Assembly: GCF_001194135.2 (NCBI RefSeq)
Contig: NC_068981.1
Location: forward strand, 152,632,668-152,696,667
Reading direction: 5' to 3'
DNA length: 64,000 nt
Source of the DNA: Octopus bimaculoides
Lineage: Eukaryota
Shown: positions 40,340-51,609 of the stretch, piece after piece
Layout: every line of letters starts with the position of its first letter
Position numbering within the stretch: the stretch's first letter is position 1
The notes under the pieces: generated by a model
The model's database searches: none
Seen by the model: only the letters and a program-made list of their open reading frames with translations
Told to the model about the DNA's origin: nothing
Made by a program: the position numbers and the translations under genes

Positions 40340-40728
40340 GTAGAACATATTTCAAGTGGATGACACTAATTGTGAACCCAATTATATCAATAGAAAATCG
40401 TTTCGCTTCAGCAATGAAGATTGATGAAAAATTAATTAAATCATACAGAAGAAACATGAAAAGACTTTTACCATATACGTAAACAGTACATATTTTGTAA
40501 AATATAAAAAGTGAAATCTTTACTTTTTTCTCACATGAAAGTAACTAAAATTTCTGTTTAGCCAGTAATTAACTATACACTCGTTAGATATTTATATAAT
40601 TTACAAATTAGATTATCTAAGCTTCATATTTATCCGTATGAAAGTATATAAATTGAAAAATTTCCGCTGTAAAACATTGCTTTGAAGAACAACTGTTTCG
40701 ACGGTTTCAAATCTTGTTAAGGTGAGAC
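40340..40728 (+). promoter_or_regulatory. Reflectin B core promoter, non-coding exon 1 and splice donor
   Basis: ATATTTCAAGTGGATGACACTAATTG (40347-40372), TATATAAA (40645-40652), donor TTAAG|GTGAGAC (intron begins at 40722). Confidence 0.8.
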
Positions 40729-42146
40729 AATTTTATTACTTTTGTGAATAGGAATTTAGCATAAATTTGTTGCCGTAAAAATCTCTTCATTTAGTAAATG
40801 GTCGATATTTTCTTTAACTTGCTGTTACGTTGCTAGTTTATATTTCCTCTTTAATCTTCATTAATATCCTGAAACATATTTCTGTATTTTCTGATTTATC
40901 TGGTGTTACCTATTGGTCAGTATTGCAGCGTTTCCGTTAAAATATATTTTATCACATTTTGTAAGATGTATGGTCCAATATTTTTAAAAGCAACATTTTC
41001 TTCATAAATTAACTAAACTATTAGATTACTTTAGTTTTATTTGAAATATATTTCATATTCGTTAGATGATATTTGAATTCTGCTCAATAATTTTAGATTT
41101 CAGCCACCTCAACAAACAGACTTAACTGATAAAACTCGATAACTTTAAAGGTAAAAAAAAAAGGAGAATTATGTGAAAACTGAAAATATTATTTAGTAAA
41201 TATATTTAGTATATATATCAGCAAATCCTATATTTATCTTCCTAGAGAAATCTGTGGAGTGCTTTGGACAGGTGGAAAAGTTGCTGTACAGTATTTGTAT
41301 TTATAATGAATTCTAATCGTATTTTAGTGCGCGCAAGTTTACCCAAATGTAGGAAGAAAAAAATTACTGAATATTAACTGTTATTAATTAACAAAGCAAC
41401 CGACCTAGTTGTGTTAATGATGTCTTTATACCTCTTGTGCTCTACATAGACAATTGTAACTTCAAATATGTATTAAGGTAAGCTTAATGATTTTTGCCGC
41501 CGTTTCAAAGACTTTTAACTAATGTAAAAAAACTGCTACTTTTACAACTACTGCGAACAGAAAAAAAGGCCTCTGGCTTGACTTGGTTTCGAATGTTACT
41601 GGGTTCGTTTAAGTAACCGCATGATTGATTCTTCATTCCACAGAGAAATATAAGCTTGTAATTATTTATAGTTAATAAATGTGCTGAAATCAATGAATCA
41701 ATTATTTTTATTTACCTAAATAATACTTTGCTGGCTATAAATTCAATTAATTAATTGTTATTGTACTAAACAATGTATATGGATAGATTAAATGTGTAAC
41801 AAAGTAAGCTTAATTGCTTTTTCTTTTTTTTTTTTTTTNNNNNNNNNNTTTTTTTTTTTTTTTTTTTTGCAGACATCATGCAACGTTGGACAAAAATAAG
41901 CAAATGCATGCTGTTATTGATCTCTCAATGACTGAAAAATGTCATTGACTTTACTTAGTTTCAGAATTTATTGAGTTCTCGTTAGTTATTCCGTACTTGT
42001 CTCTTCTTACTACGGATAGATTATAGCTTATAGCTATTGATAACCACTAAATATGGTAGCTTTGATAAATCAAAATTTATACGCACACATACATACACAT
42101 ATATAGACATATACATTTATGTTGCTTTCTCTGTCTTCAAACATAG
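40722..42146 (+). other. Predicted 5'-UTR intron of reflectin B (about 1.4 kb)
   Basis: GT donor at 40722; pyrimidine tract plus CTTCAAACATAG ending at 42146, aligning with the C acceptor. Confidence 0.55.
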
Positions 42147-42164
42147 ATACACGCACATATATAT

Positions 42165-43828
42165 ATGTCTATGGACTTCCAAGGCAGATACATGGATTCT
42201 TATGGAAGAATGGTAGATCCCAAGTGCTATGGTTTCTATGGCAGATATTCTGACAATGAGAGATATTACAGTAGATCTATGTACAACTATTACGGTTTCT
42301 ATGATAACGATAGGTTCCATAGACACGGTTTTTTCATGGACTTCCCAGAGAGGTTTCTGGATATGTCCAGATATCAGATGGATAAGAATGGAAAGTTGAT
42401 GAACATGCAAGGGTACAACTCCAACCCCTACTGTTATATGTTCAACACTTCAAGACATGGCTACTACCCTGGCTACCGCTATGGTCGTAATTAGTTCTAT
42501 TCTGAAAAATTCATGGACATGTCTCACTATCAAATGGACATGTATGGCTGATACATGAACAGAAATAGTCGCCTCTACAACCCACATTACAACTTTTACA
42601 AGCGTTATATAAACTCTCTATTTTGGAATTACTTCTTTAAGCAGTACCTTGAGACATTATTTGACCTGTCCAGCTACCAGATGGACATGAATGACCAGTA
42701 CATGGGCAGAGATGGGTGTCACTGTAACCTATACTACAGCAGTAACAGGCGTACTAGATACTGTCCATTTCAGAATTGCTGTCTTAAGAACAATTCTGGG
42801 ACATTTACGGACATGTCCAACAACGTGATAGACATGAATATCCGATACATGGACAGAAATGGTCCCCTCTGCAATGCATATTACAACTTTTACAAGCGTT
42901 ACATAAACTGTCCGTTTTAGGATTACTTCTTTAAGCAGTATCCCGAGGCATTATTTAGCCTGTCTAACTGCCAGGTGGACATGAATGATCAATACATGGA
43001 CACAGATGGTTGTCACTGTAACTCATATTACAACAATGACAGGCGTACTAGGTACTGTCCATTTCAGAATTACTACTTTAAGAACAATTCTGGGACATTT
43101 ACGGACATGTCCAACAACGAAATGGACATGAATGGCCAATACATGAACAGAAATGGTCGTGACTACAAACCATATTACAACTACTACGGGCGTTATAAAA
43201 AATGTCCGTTTTGGACTTACTTCTTCAAGCACTATCCCGAAGCATTATTTGACCGGTCCAATTATCAGATGGACATGAATGGCTGATACATGGACAGAAA
43301 TAGTCGTCACTGCAAGCCATATTCCTTCTGCTACGGGCGCTATAAAAACTGTGCATTTCGGACTTCTTTAAGCACGAGATGGACATGAATGGCCAATACA
43401 TGGACGGAAATGAATGTCGCTGTAATCCATATTACAACAGTAAGAGGCGTAATAGAAACTGTCCATTTCGGAATTAATACTTTAAAAACAATTCTGAGAG
43501 ATTCATGAACATGTCCAACTATTGGATGAATTTTGATGGTTATTGGATGAATATGTCCTATTAACAAATGGGTTTTTATGGTAACTGAATAGACATGTAT
43601 AATCATTATTCCCATAATTTATTTGGTTATAACCATTACCACAGGGGGAGCCACTACTACAACTATTATCCCTACTATAACTACAGCTGGAGACATAGGT
43701 TCTACGTCTACCCAGTAAGACTCTTTGATATGTTTCATTACCAGGTGGCTTTCAACGGACGCTGGATGAACATGAATATATTTGTAATCACAAAAACACC
43801 AAAACTTTTCGGAAATCTTATTGGCTAA
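42165..43828 (+). pseudogene. reflectin: Reflectin locus B: internally expanded, disrupted reflectin (probable pseudogene, or a truncated 109-aa product)
   Basis: Starts MSMDFQGRYMDSYGRMVDP. Track ORFs 42165, 42555 and 42975 are in one frame, separated by stops TAG 42492, TGA 42549, TAG 42918 and TGA 43284. Deletions of 4 and 33 nt near 43365-43378 shift the frame. Further stops are TAA 43475, TAA 43562 and TGA 43586. The 3' end is homologous to A and C, but the native stop is lost. Confidence 0.9.
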
Positions 43829-43897
43829 TGTTAACTTGAAATTTATTACAAATTTTCTTTAATGTCCTCAGCATTTGGATTCATTTAAATTTATATC

Positions 43898-43903
43898 AAT
43901 AAA
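43898..43903 (+). terminator. Polyadenylation signal of reflectin B
   Basis: AATAAA in the same ATATCAATAAAA context as in A and C. Confidence 0.6.
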
Positions 43904-44516
43904 AAATCGTCGCAACGAAAGATGCCTTATACCGTATTTTATAATTTTTTATTTTTCGTAATATGCAATTGATCAATGTAATGCTGAATATTTTCATAAG
44001 CTTCTTAGAATTATACTAATTCAAAAACTTCGGCAATTCTCCACATTCACGATAAGTAAGGACAAAGATGCGGTCAACAAATTGTTCTCTATTCAGTGCA
44101 CAACGATAAGAAACAGAGTTAAATTAAACTGATGGTTTAACTTCAGTTTAAACTCTTTTCAGTTTAGAAATAGAGGACATACATTCTGGCATTTACATTT
44201 TTTAGATTATTTGCTGTCACCTGAAAGATATAAACACGTCTTTATAAATGAATTTTCTTGACTAAAATACCACAATGTTAGCGCCGTTCAAAAATGCGAC
44301 AAATAGTTGAAGCTTAGTTTTGATTGTAAGAGAAGGAACAGAAATAATAGTAAATGATAGGAAGTAAGAGCAATAGTGGAATAACATGATACTGAAGAAT
44401 TGCTGATCTGGGTGTATATACACCATTTGTTAACAAGCGAGATATATTCTCCGTGACAAAACGCAGTGAGTAGCTTGTTCCCCCAGTTTGAACGTGCATC
44501 AAGCACATTCGGACTA

Positions 44517-47068
44517 ATAATAACATATCTGATCAGTAGTTATGAAGTTTGGGAAAACCACTTTTCTCACTGTGGTATATATAATAAAAAACTAAGGGAT
44601 AAATTCGGTGTATATTTCAGGGATTGGCACTAAGGAAACTTCCCTAAGAAGGTATTTGAGAATTTTTGGTTATCGTTTTGGTATAGATTAAATTGTTGCA
44701 CATAAAACTGTGTTATTAATAGACCAAAGCTAAATAAGATGTAATGTTGGCCAATGTGGATCAACAAATGTAGCTTATATAGTAATTTCAAAATATGGAA
44801 AAGCAAGTTTCACTTTGGTGGTTATGCATATCTAATATGATAAAGATTATATAAAAAATTCCTTATTTCGATTGTGAACAGCGAGATCTGAATATTTGTA
44901 TATCTATTCTTTATACGTTTTGGCAGATTTGAATGAAAATATGTTAGTCGCTGTTGTGTACGTCTGTGATGTACACAACTCCTTCTTACAACGGCAGTGT
45001 GTTCATAACACACAGGGCTCATTGGTGCAAGACATTTCTTGAACACGGGTATTTCGGTATGTTGTGTTGTGCCAGTGAGCAGTACCCATACCATTGAGTC
45101 TTAACAAATCACTGGCTTTGTTAATAATTTCAGCTGATGAACTGATTGTTGATTCGTACTGATGTCTAGCAACCGTTATTTGCAATGTGAACAGCATGAT
45201 CTGAAATGATGGTTTCCGTTGTAATTGAAGAATAAGCATTTCAGTGATGATTTGCTGAAGCTAATGAGCGACTACCTTCATAGTCTACGTCAGGAAAATG
45301 TCGTACTGATGACCAAAATCTTTTCGTTAGATGACTTAAGCAAAAATTTCTTATACATTATACACAATCATACTTTCACTTAAGTCCGCATAGACAAGTA
45401 TGATATTGATTTCAAATTTTGGTACATGGCCAGTAATTTCAGGAGAGAGGATAAGTCGATTACATCGATCCCCAGTGCTTGACTGATACTTGTATTATCG
45501 ACCTCGATAGGATGAAAATCAATTCGGTGGAATTTGAACTCAGAATGTGAAGACGGACGAAATAGTGCTAAGTATTTCCCCCGGTATGCTAACTTATCTG
45601 TCAGCTCGCCGCCTCATGAATGTATATGATGTTGGAAATATACATGGTGAGTTTTGCTTTGTGTTAATTGCAAAAAGGTTGAAATTTCAATAGATTTAGC
45701 AATGTTTATTGTTAAATAGAGAGGAGAGGAATAATCATTCCTCTCCTGGAATTAATTCTGACGGAATTAATGCAAAACTGCAAGTAAGGATGTAGAGTTC
45801 AAAGATTTGGGGATTAAAGATTAGGAAATATGAAGAGGCAGTAATATTCGTTGATATTCTTGGTATAAATCGTCCGATTACATGACATCAAATAGAAAGA
45901 GTTGATCCACAACCCTTTGTGTATTCGCTTGATGGTCATTTCATATAAATTTTGTTTGCGGGTGAAATCCTCGAGATGAAGACGATGGCTTTTTTAGTTG
46001 TTATCTATATTATTGCTGTTTTTAGTAGTAGTCTATATTATTGATTCTTTTTTAGTTGTCTATTTTATTGCTTTTACGATAGAGATGAACTTCCAGTAAA
46101 TTATACTGCCATGTTAACCCCAGGGGGACACCTCCTCCAGCTAGTTATGCACTGCACTCTACACTTGATATATATTGCAAGCGGGAAGAGAACTCCCTAC
46201 TATTTTAGCCCCGAGACCACCAGACTGTACGGTTTTGACCTTCTTATGGTCATCCTCGGTGATGGATACTCATCCGGTAGACATAGCAGTCGTTCACTCC
46301 AGTTCGCATTATACAGAAAAATAGGTGACAAACAGACACTGATCTTGCAACAAGCAAACTAGCTAGTCAAGAAAAATTTCAATAACATATGTAAGCAGTA
46401 TTCATACTGCCAAGTAGCGTTTAACGCCACCTAAACACGGCTGTTCCCTAGGAACCGACGATACTGTGACTTTAACCTCAGGAGGTTAAAATCTGCCTGT
46501 CTGCCTGTCTGTCTGTGTCTGTGTATAAAAAATAATGATTAAACAAATCTAGGCGAATATCTGAATATATCTATAAGTATTCTATGCAAAAAGAAACCAG
46601 GCTAACGAAGTTGTTCAGTCAATATTAGTGTAATTCGTATAAGTTGTTACCTATTTCTTGTGACAGGTAGAAATTGATCATCAATTAGTTTCGGTGTATT
46701 ATTCATAGAGTTTATAAGAAAAGGCATAAAATATGAACTTGTATTATCAACGATTATTATCAATACGTGTTTCAAATAGTCTAGCAAAACATAACCGTTG
46801 CATATTGAGGTGTGTACATTTATCGATCCCGCAGATGATTGATTAATTAACCAACATTACAGAGCTATTTACTGCGAAACCATTCTTTTCAAAGCTTAAT
46901 CAATACCAAACTGATAACCAAAGATTCTCAAATACCTTCTTAGGGAAGTTTCCTTAGTGCCAATCCCTGAAATATAAACCGAATTTATCCCTTAGTTTTT
47001 TATTATATATACCACAGTGAGAAAAGTGGTTTTCCCAAACTTCATAACTACTGATCAGACATATTATT
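44517..47068. mobile_element. Element of about 2.55 kb bounded by inverted repeats of about 175 bp
   Basis: 44517-44691 is the near-exact reverse complement of 46895-47068 (CTGATCAGTAGTTATGAAGTTTGGGAAAACCACTTTTCTCACTGTGG...CCCTAAGAAGGTATTTGAGAAT). Confidence 0.75.
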
Positions 47069-47524
47069 TCTACTAAATTTCGTATAGTTTGAGATCAAGT
47101 GGAAAGGGGTTAAACAAGCTATAAATATTAGGTCTCCATCTCTGTTTTATTGCTCAGTGCCTCTTCAATAATCATTGGAGGTTTTTTTTTTTATCGGATG
47201 TTTTTAAATAAGTGACTACTATAGGCAGTTACTGACATGGTGTATGTTACTTGTGATAAAATTGTATTTTCGTTTCTGTTGTTAAATATAAACCAAGATA
47301 GAATGAACTGCAAAAATGATCATCTTTTAAGATTACTATGCAATTACATGCTTCCGACCGATGTATGTATATCGTAAAATTACATGTATATAAGTAAAAT
47401 TATATCAAATGAAATGTATCACATATATTTATGCATATGCATACATAAATACATAGAACACACACGCGCACGCACGCACACACACATATACAAACATACA
47501 TACATACATATATATGTGTATATA

Positions 47525-47577
<53 letters not shown>

Positions 47578-48126
47578 CGATTTAAATAAGAGCTAAAAGA
47601 TGATCAATTGTAAAAACTTTATTATGACCTATGATCATTTCGATGCAATATCCAGATCAATTCATGCATATTATAAAATATGGAATATTGNNNNNNNNNN
47701 NNNNNNNNNNNNNNNNNNNNNNNNNNNNNNNNNNNNNNNNNNNNNNNNNNNNNNNNNNNNNNNNNNNNNNNNNNNNNNNNNNNNNNNNNNNNNNNNNNNN
47801 NNNNNNNNNNNNNNNNNNNNNNNNNNNNNNNNNNNNNNNNNNNNNNNNNNNNNNNNNNNNNNNNNNNNNNNNNNNNNNNNNNNNNNNNNNNNNNNNNNNN
47901 NNNNNNNNNNNNNNNNNNNNNNNNNNNNNNNNNNNNNNNNNNNNNNNNNNNNNNNNNNNNNNNNNNNNNNNNNNNNNNNNNNNNNNNNNNNNNAGAAAAA
48001 ACCGTTAGGTATTTAAAATATTAAAAATATATTATTTTACATAAGTTAATGGTCAAATTAATAAGAATTTTGGTACGTTTGATAACAGATACAATATTTT
48101 TACCAAATTTTGGTATAAATCTATAA

Positions 48127-48184
<58 letters not shown>

Positions 48185-48629
48185 CGTTATTTCTCCCTGT
48201 GCCTGTGAAATCTTGTATCCTGGCTGTAAGGCCTTATTTCCATATACGCCTGCTTAAATCTATCTGTCCAGTCGAAAGACATCCTTTGTTATGTCCCGTT
48301 ATTATTCCTATTGTATTTGTGTAACATTGTTCGTTTTTTTCCGTCCTTGTTTTTGTATACATTCGCTGCTTTTCCCCAGGGAATCTAATGCTCTTAGCTT
48401 AGTTTTTCCTTGGGGCTGGCCAGATTGGAGCAATAATCGAGAATAACCAGCCGAAATTACAAAGTTATTCTGGATCTCGACTGAAGAGAGAAAACTCCGA
48501 ATGACATGTCCGTGTTTTCTTTGTATCGTCTATCTGTATGTTTTGTTCCTTTCTTGTATCACCTAACTGTCTGGATGTTTTGCGTTCTTGTCCCATTCTG
48601 TATTATATATATATATATATATAAACTTA

Positions 48630-49481
48630 TTTGGAAATGGATGCGTCTCGTTCAATTAAATAATAAATAATATATGATACAAACTATTAAATTTTAAACT
48701 GTCATATTTATTATTATTATATATTTATACTTATACATATTAACATATATGCTTAAATATATTTATATTCATAATACAATAATTATTCTACACATGTATA
48801 TATCTCTCTGANNNNNNNNNNNNNNNNNNNNNNNNNNNNNNNNNNNNNNNNNNNNNNNNNNNNNNNNNNNNNNNNNNNNNNNNNNNNNNNNNNNNNNNNN
48901 NNNNNNNNNNNNNNNNNNNNNNNNNNNNNNNNNNNNNNNNNNNNNNNNNNNNNNNNNNNNNNNNNNNNNNNNNNNNNNNNNNNNNNNNNNNTATATACAT
49001 ACACATACATGTATATATGGGTACAGGACGTCACCAACGGTGCAAATAACATGAAATACGTAAACAAACGAGTGAAATACATAAACAACGAGATAAAAAT
49101 GGAAAACAGGACAAATAAACACAGAGAAAGGACCCTTCATAAGTTGTCGGCTGTCTGTCTACTCGCCATTTCGAGCATTCAACGACAATATGAGTCTACA
49201 AAGATAGTTGCTCCCATAAATTCTAAAATAAAATTTAGGATTTATAGAGGGTAAAAGTTGGGAAAAAAAAGACAGTGGAGACATACTAAGAAACCAAACG
49301 AAAACAAACACGGAGAGTCAGAGAAAAATAGTGAATGCTGGGAGAAACATCTTTTTGAAAAGAAAAAAGATAGAAGAGAGAGAGAGAGAGAAAAAAAAAA
49401 CACGTCCGTTCTTTTAAACGTCCGTGCAGGAAAAGAAAGATGATCACGTGAGGAAAAGATGGCCGATGGTCACGTGTGAGC

Positions 49482-49516
<35 letters not shown>

Positions 49517-49526
49517 NNNNNNNNNN

Positions 49527-49566
<40 letters not shown>

Positions 49567-50110
49567 AGAGGGGAGAGAGAGACAGGTTGAAAACGGTAAA
49601 GGAGGGAGGGGAGAAAAATGAATTAGTGAAGGATGGAGGAAGAAAACAGTAAAGATTAGAGAATCGCATCAAAAAGGTGAAGATAAACTTACTTGGAAAT
49701 GGATGCGTCGCGTTCAATTAAATTATAAATAATATATAATACATACATATATATATTTATATATATATATATATACATATATACATGCACACGCACACAC
49801 ACACACACACACACATACACACATGCATATATGGGTACAGGACGTCACCAACGGTGCAAATAACATGAAATACGTAAACAAACGAGTGAAAAACGAGTGA
49901 AATACATAAACAACGAGATAAAAATGGAAAACAGGACAAGTAAACACAGAGAAAGGACCCTTCATCAGTTGTCGGCTGTCTACCTACTTCTCATTTCGAG
50001 CATTGAACGACAATATGATTCTTCAAAGACAGTTGCCCCCATAAATTCTAAAATAAAATTTTGGATTGATGGAGGGTCAAAGCTGGGAACAAAAAAACGA
50101 CAGTGGAGAC
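48630..50110. repeat. Direct duplication of a dispersed repeat (48630-49285 and 49690-50110)
   Basis: TTGGAAATGGATGCGTC.CGTTCAATTAAA and GGGTACAGGACGTCACCAACGGTGCAAATAACATG...GAAAGGACCCTTCAT each occur twice. Confidence 0.85.
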
Positions 50111-51609
50111 ATATACATAGATACATACACATATATCTACATATATTCAAAAGAGAAGTTATTAGACGGAGTAATATGTTATTTTAGTTTCGGAAAATCC
50201 GGGTCAAGATATGATCTTATAGTGAATTTCAAAAACTTTTCGGAACGGAGTGTAGTGGGCTTAATTATTAAGTAAAGCAAAGATGGGGTGGAAGAATCAA
50301 TAAAATATGATACATTATCTTAGTGTCTACTTCTAATACATGTTAATTTGTAGACGATTACGCACAATGTTATATGTTACTCGATATAACTAATAGGAAA
50401 GTAACAAAGGAAATTGAATTTATCTATTCTTATCAGGGGTACGCTAATTATGTTTATTAACCATGTTTATTTAATGAGTTAGGGTCGCATTTGAGAATCT
50501 GCAACATCTCTTTGAGCATAACGTGCATTTGGAATTCCCTCCATTATAACTTAGTGCGCCTACAAACCATTCTCTAGTATTTGATATTATTCTCTTTGAG
50601 ATTTCAAATATGCTCAGTGATCTGACGTTTTCTTTCCTTGTGTACTTAAAGGCAGGGGTATGGTTATGTTATCTTGACTTAAATTATGTGCAACAAGCAC
50701 CCATATAATAACATTTTTTTTTATGTGTTATCACGCAATATTTATAAACTATATTTTTTCTTAGGAATTGGTCTTCCAGAGTGTAGCTTTGACGGTTCCT
50801 ATAATTACGTAAGTTATCTAGTCTGTTGTCATATCAGTTTCTATTCTCGATGTTTGCGTTTGGTTTATTATCCATACGCATATAAGCATCCCCCACACCT
50901 CGAATGTATAGACTTAACCACTTTTCCATACCGCACTCCCTTTTCTCGCTTAACTAGTAGTTACTTTTAAAGGCTTTCTTGAAATTATACCACTTGTTAA
51001 TCGACCTTTGCGTCGATTACCTTACCATCCCAGAATCTGCAGAAGTTAAGTTTTCTTATATTTTCCCTCTTGTTAGCCACAACCGTGGTCTTTTATTTTA
51101 CACACGTGGTCGTTTCTGATGATGACGATGATGATGAGGTTGCTATGGATACCCTGTTATTTTGCTGCTATGTTTTTGTTTTCTAACACCCAGAACGATA
51201 GATTTCACCACTTCTCTCCACCGATACGACCACCCAGATCCTCCACTATAGGCAATTATGTGGCATTCAGATAATATTTTGAAAATCCATACTTTCTTTT
51301 CTCACGTGCCTCATATTTGCCTTATATTCGCTTCTCTACCCTCACTGTGACAAAAAGTGAGAAATCATAACGGTGGGATTAATGATGTCAAATCAATATC
51401 CATAAAACTCTCACCGTCGGCGACTAAACCGGCAATCTCATAGATTGTGAGGAGGGTATTTTACTTTCTATTTGGACATCAAGCAGGAAAAGAAAAACAA
51501 AATCTGTCAAAAGGCGGACGAACACAGGAAAGTCAACAGCCTTCCTAATAGTACTCCTATGTCAGTATTGGTGCCGATGACGCCGTCACCAGCTCATGAT
51601 AGTGACAAT

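Noticed and set aside
42555-43540. CRISPR-like or regularly spaced non-coding array
   Set aside because: The units are whole 147-bp coding repeats in a eukaryotic gene, with no repeat-spacer structure.
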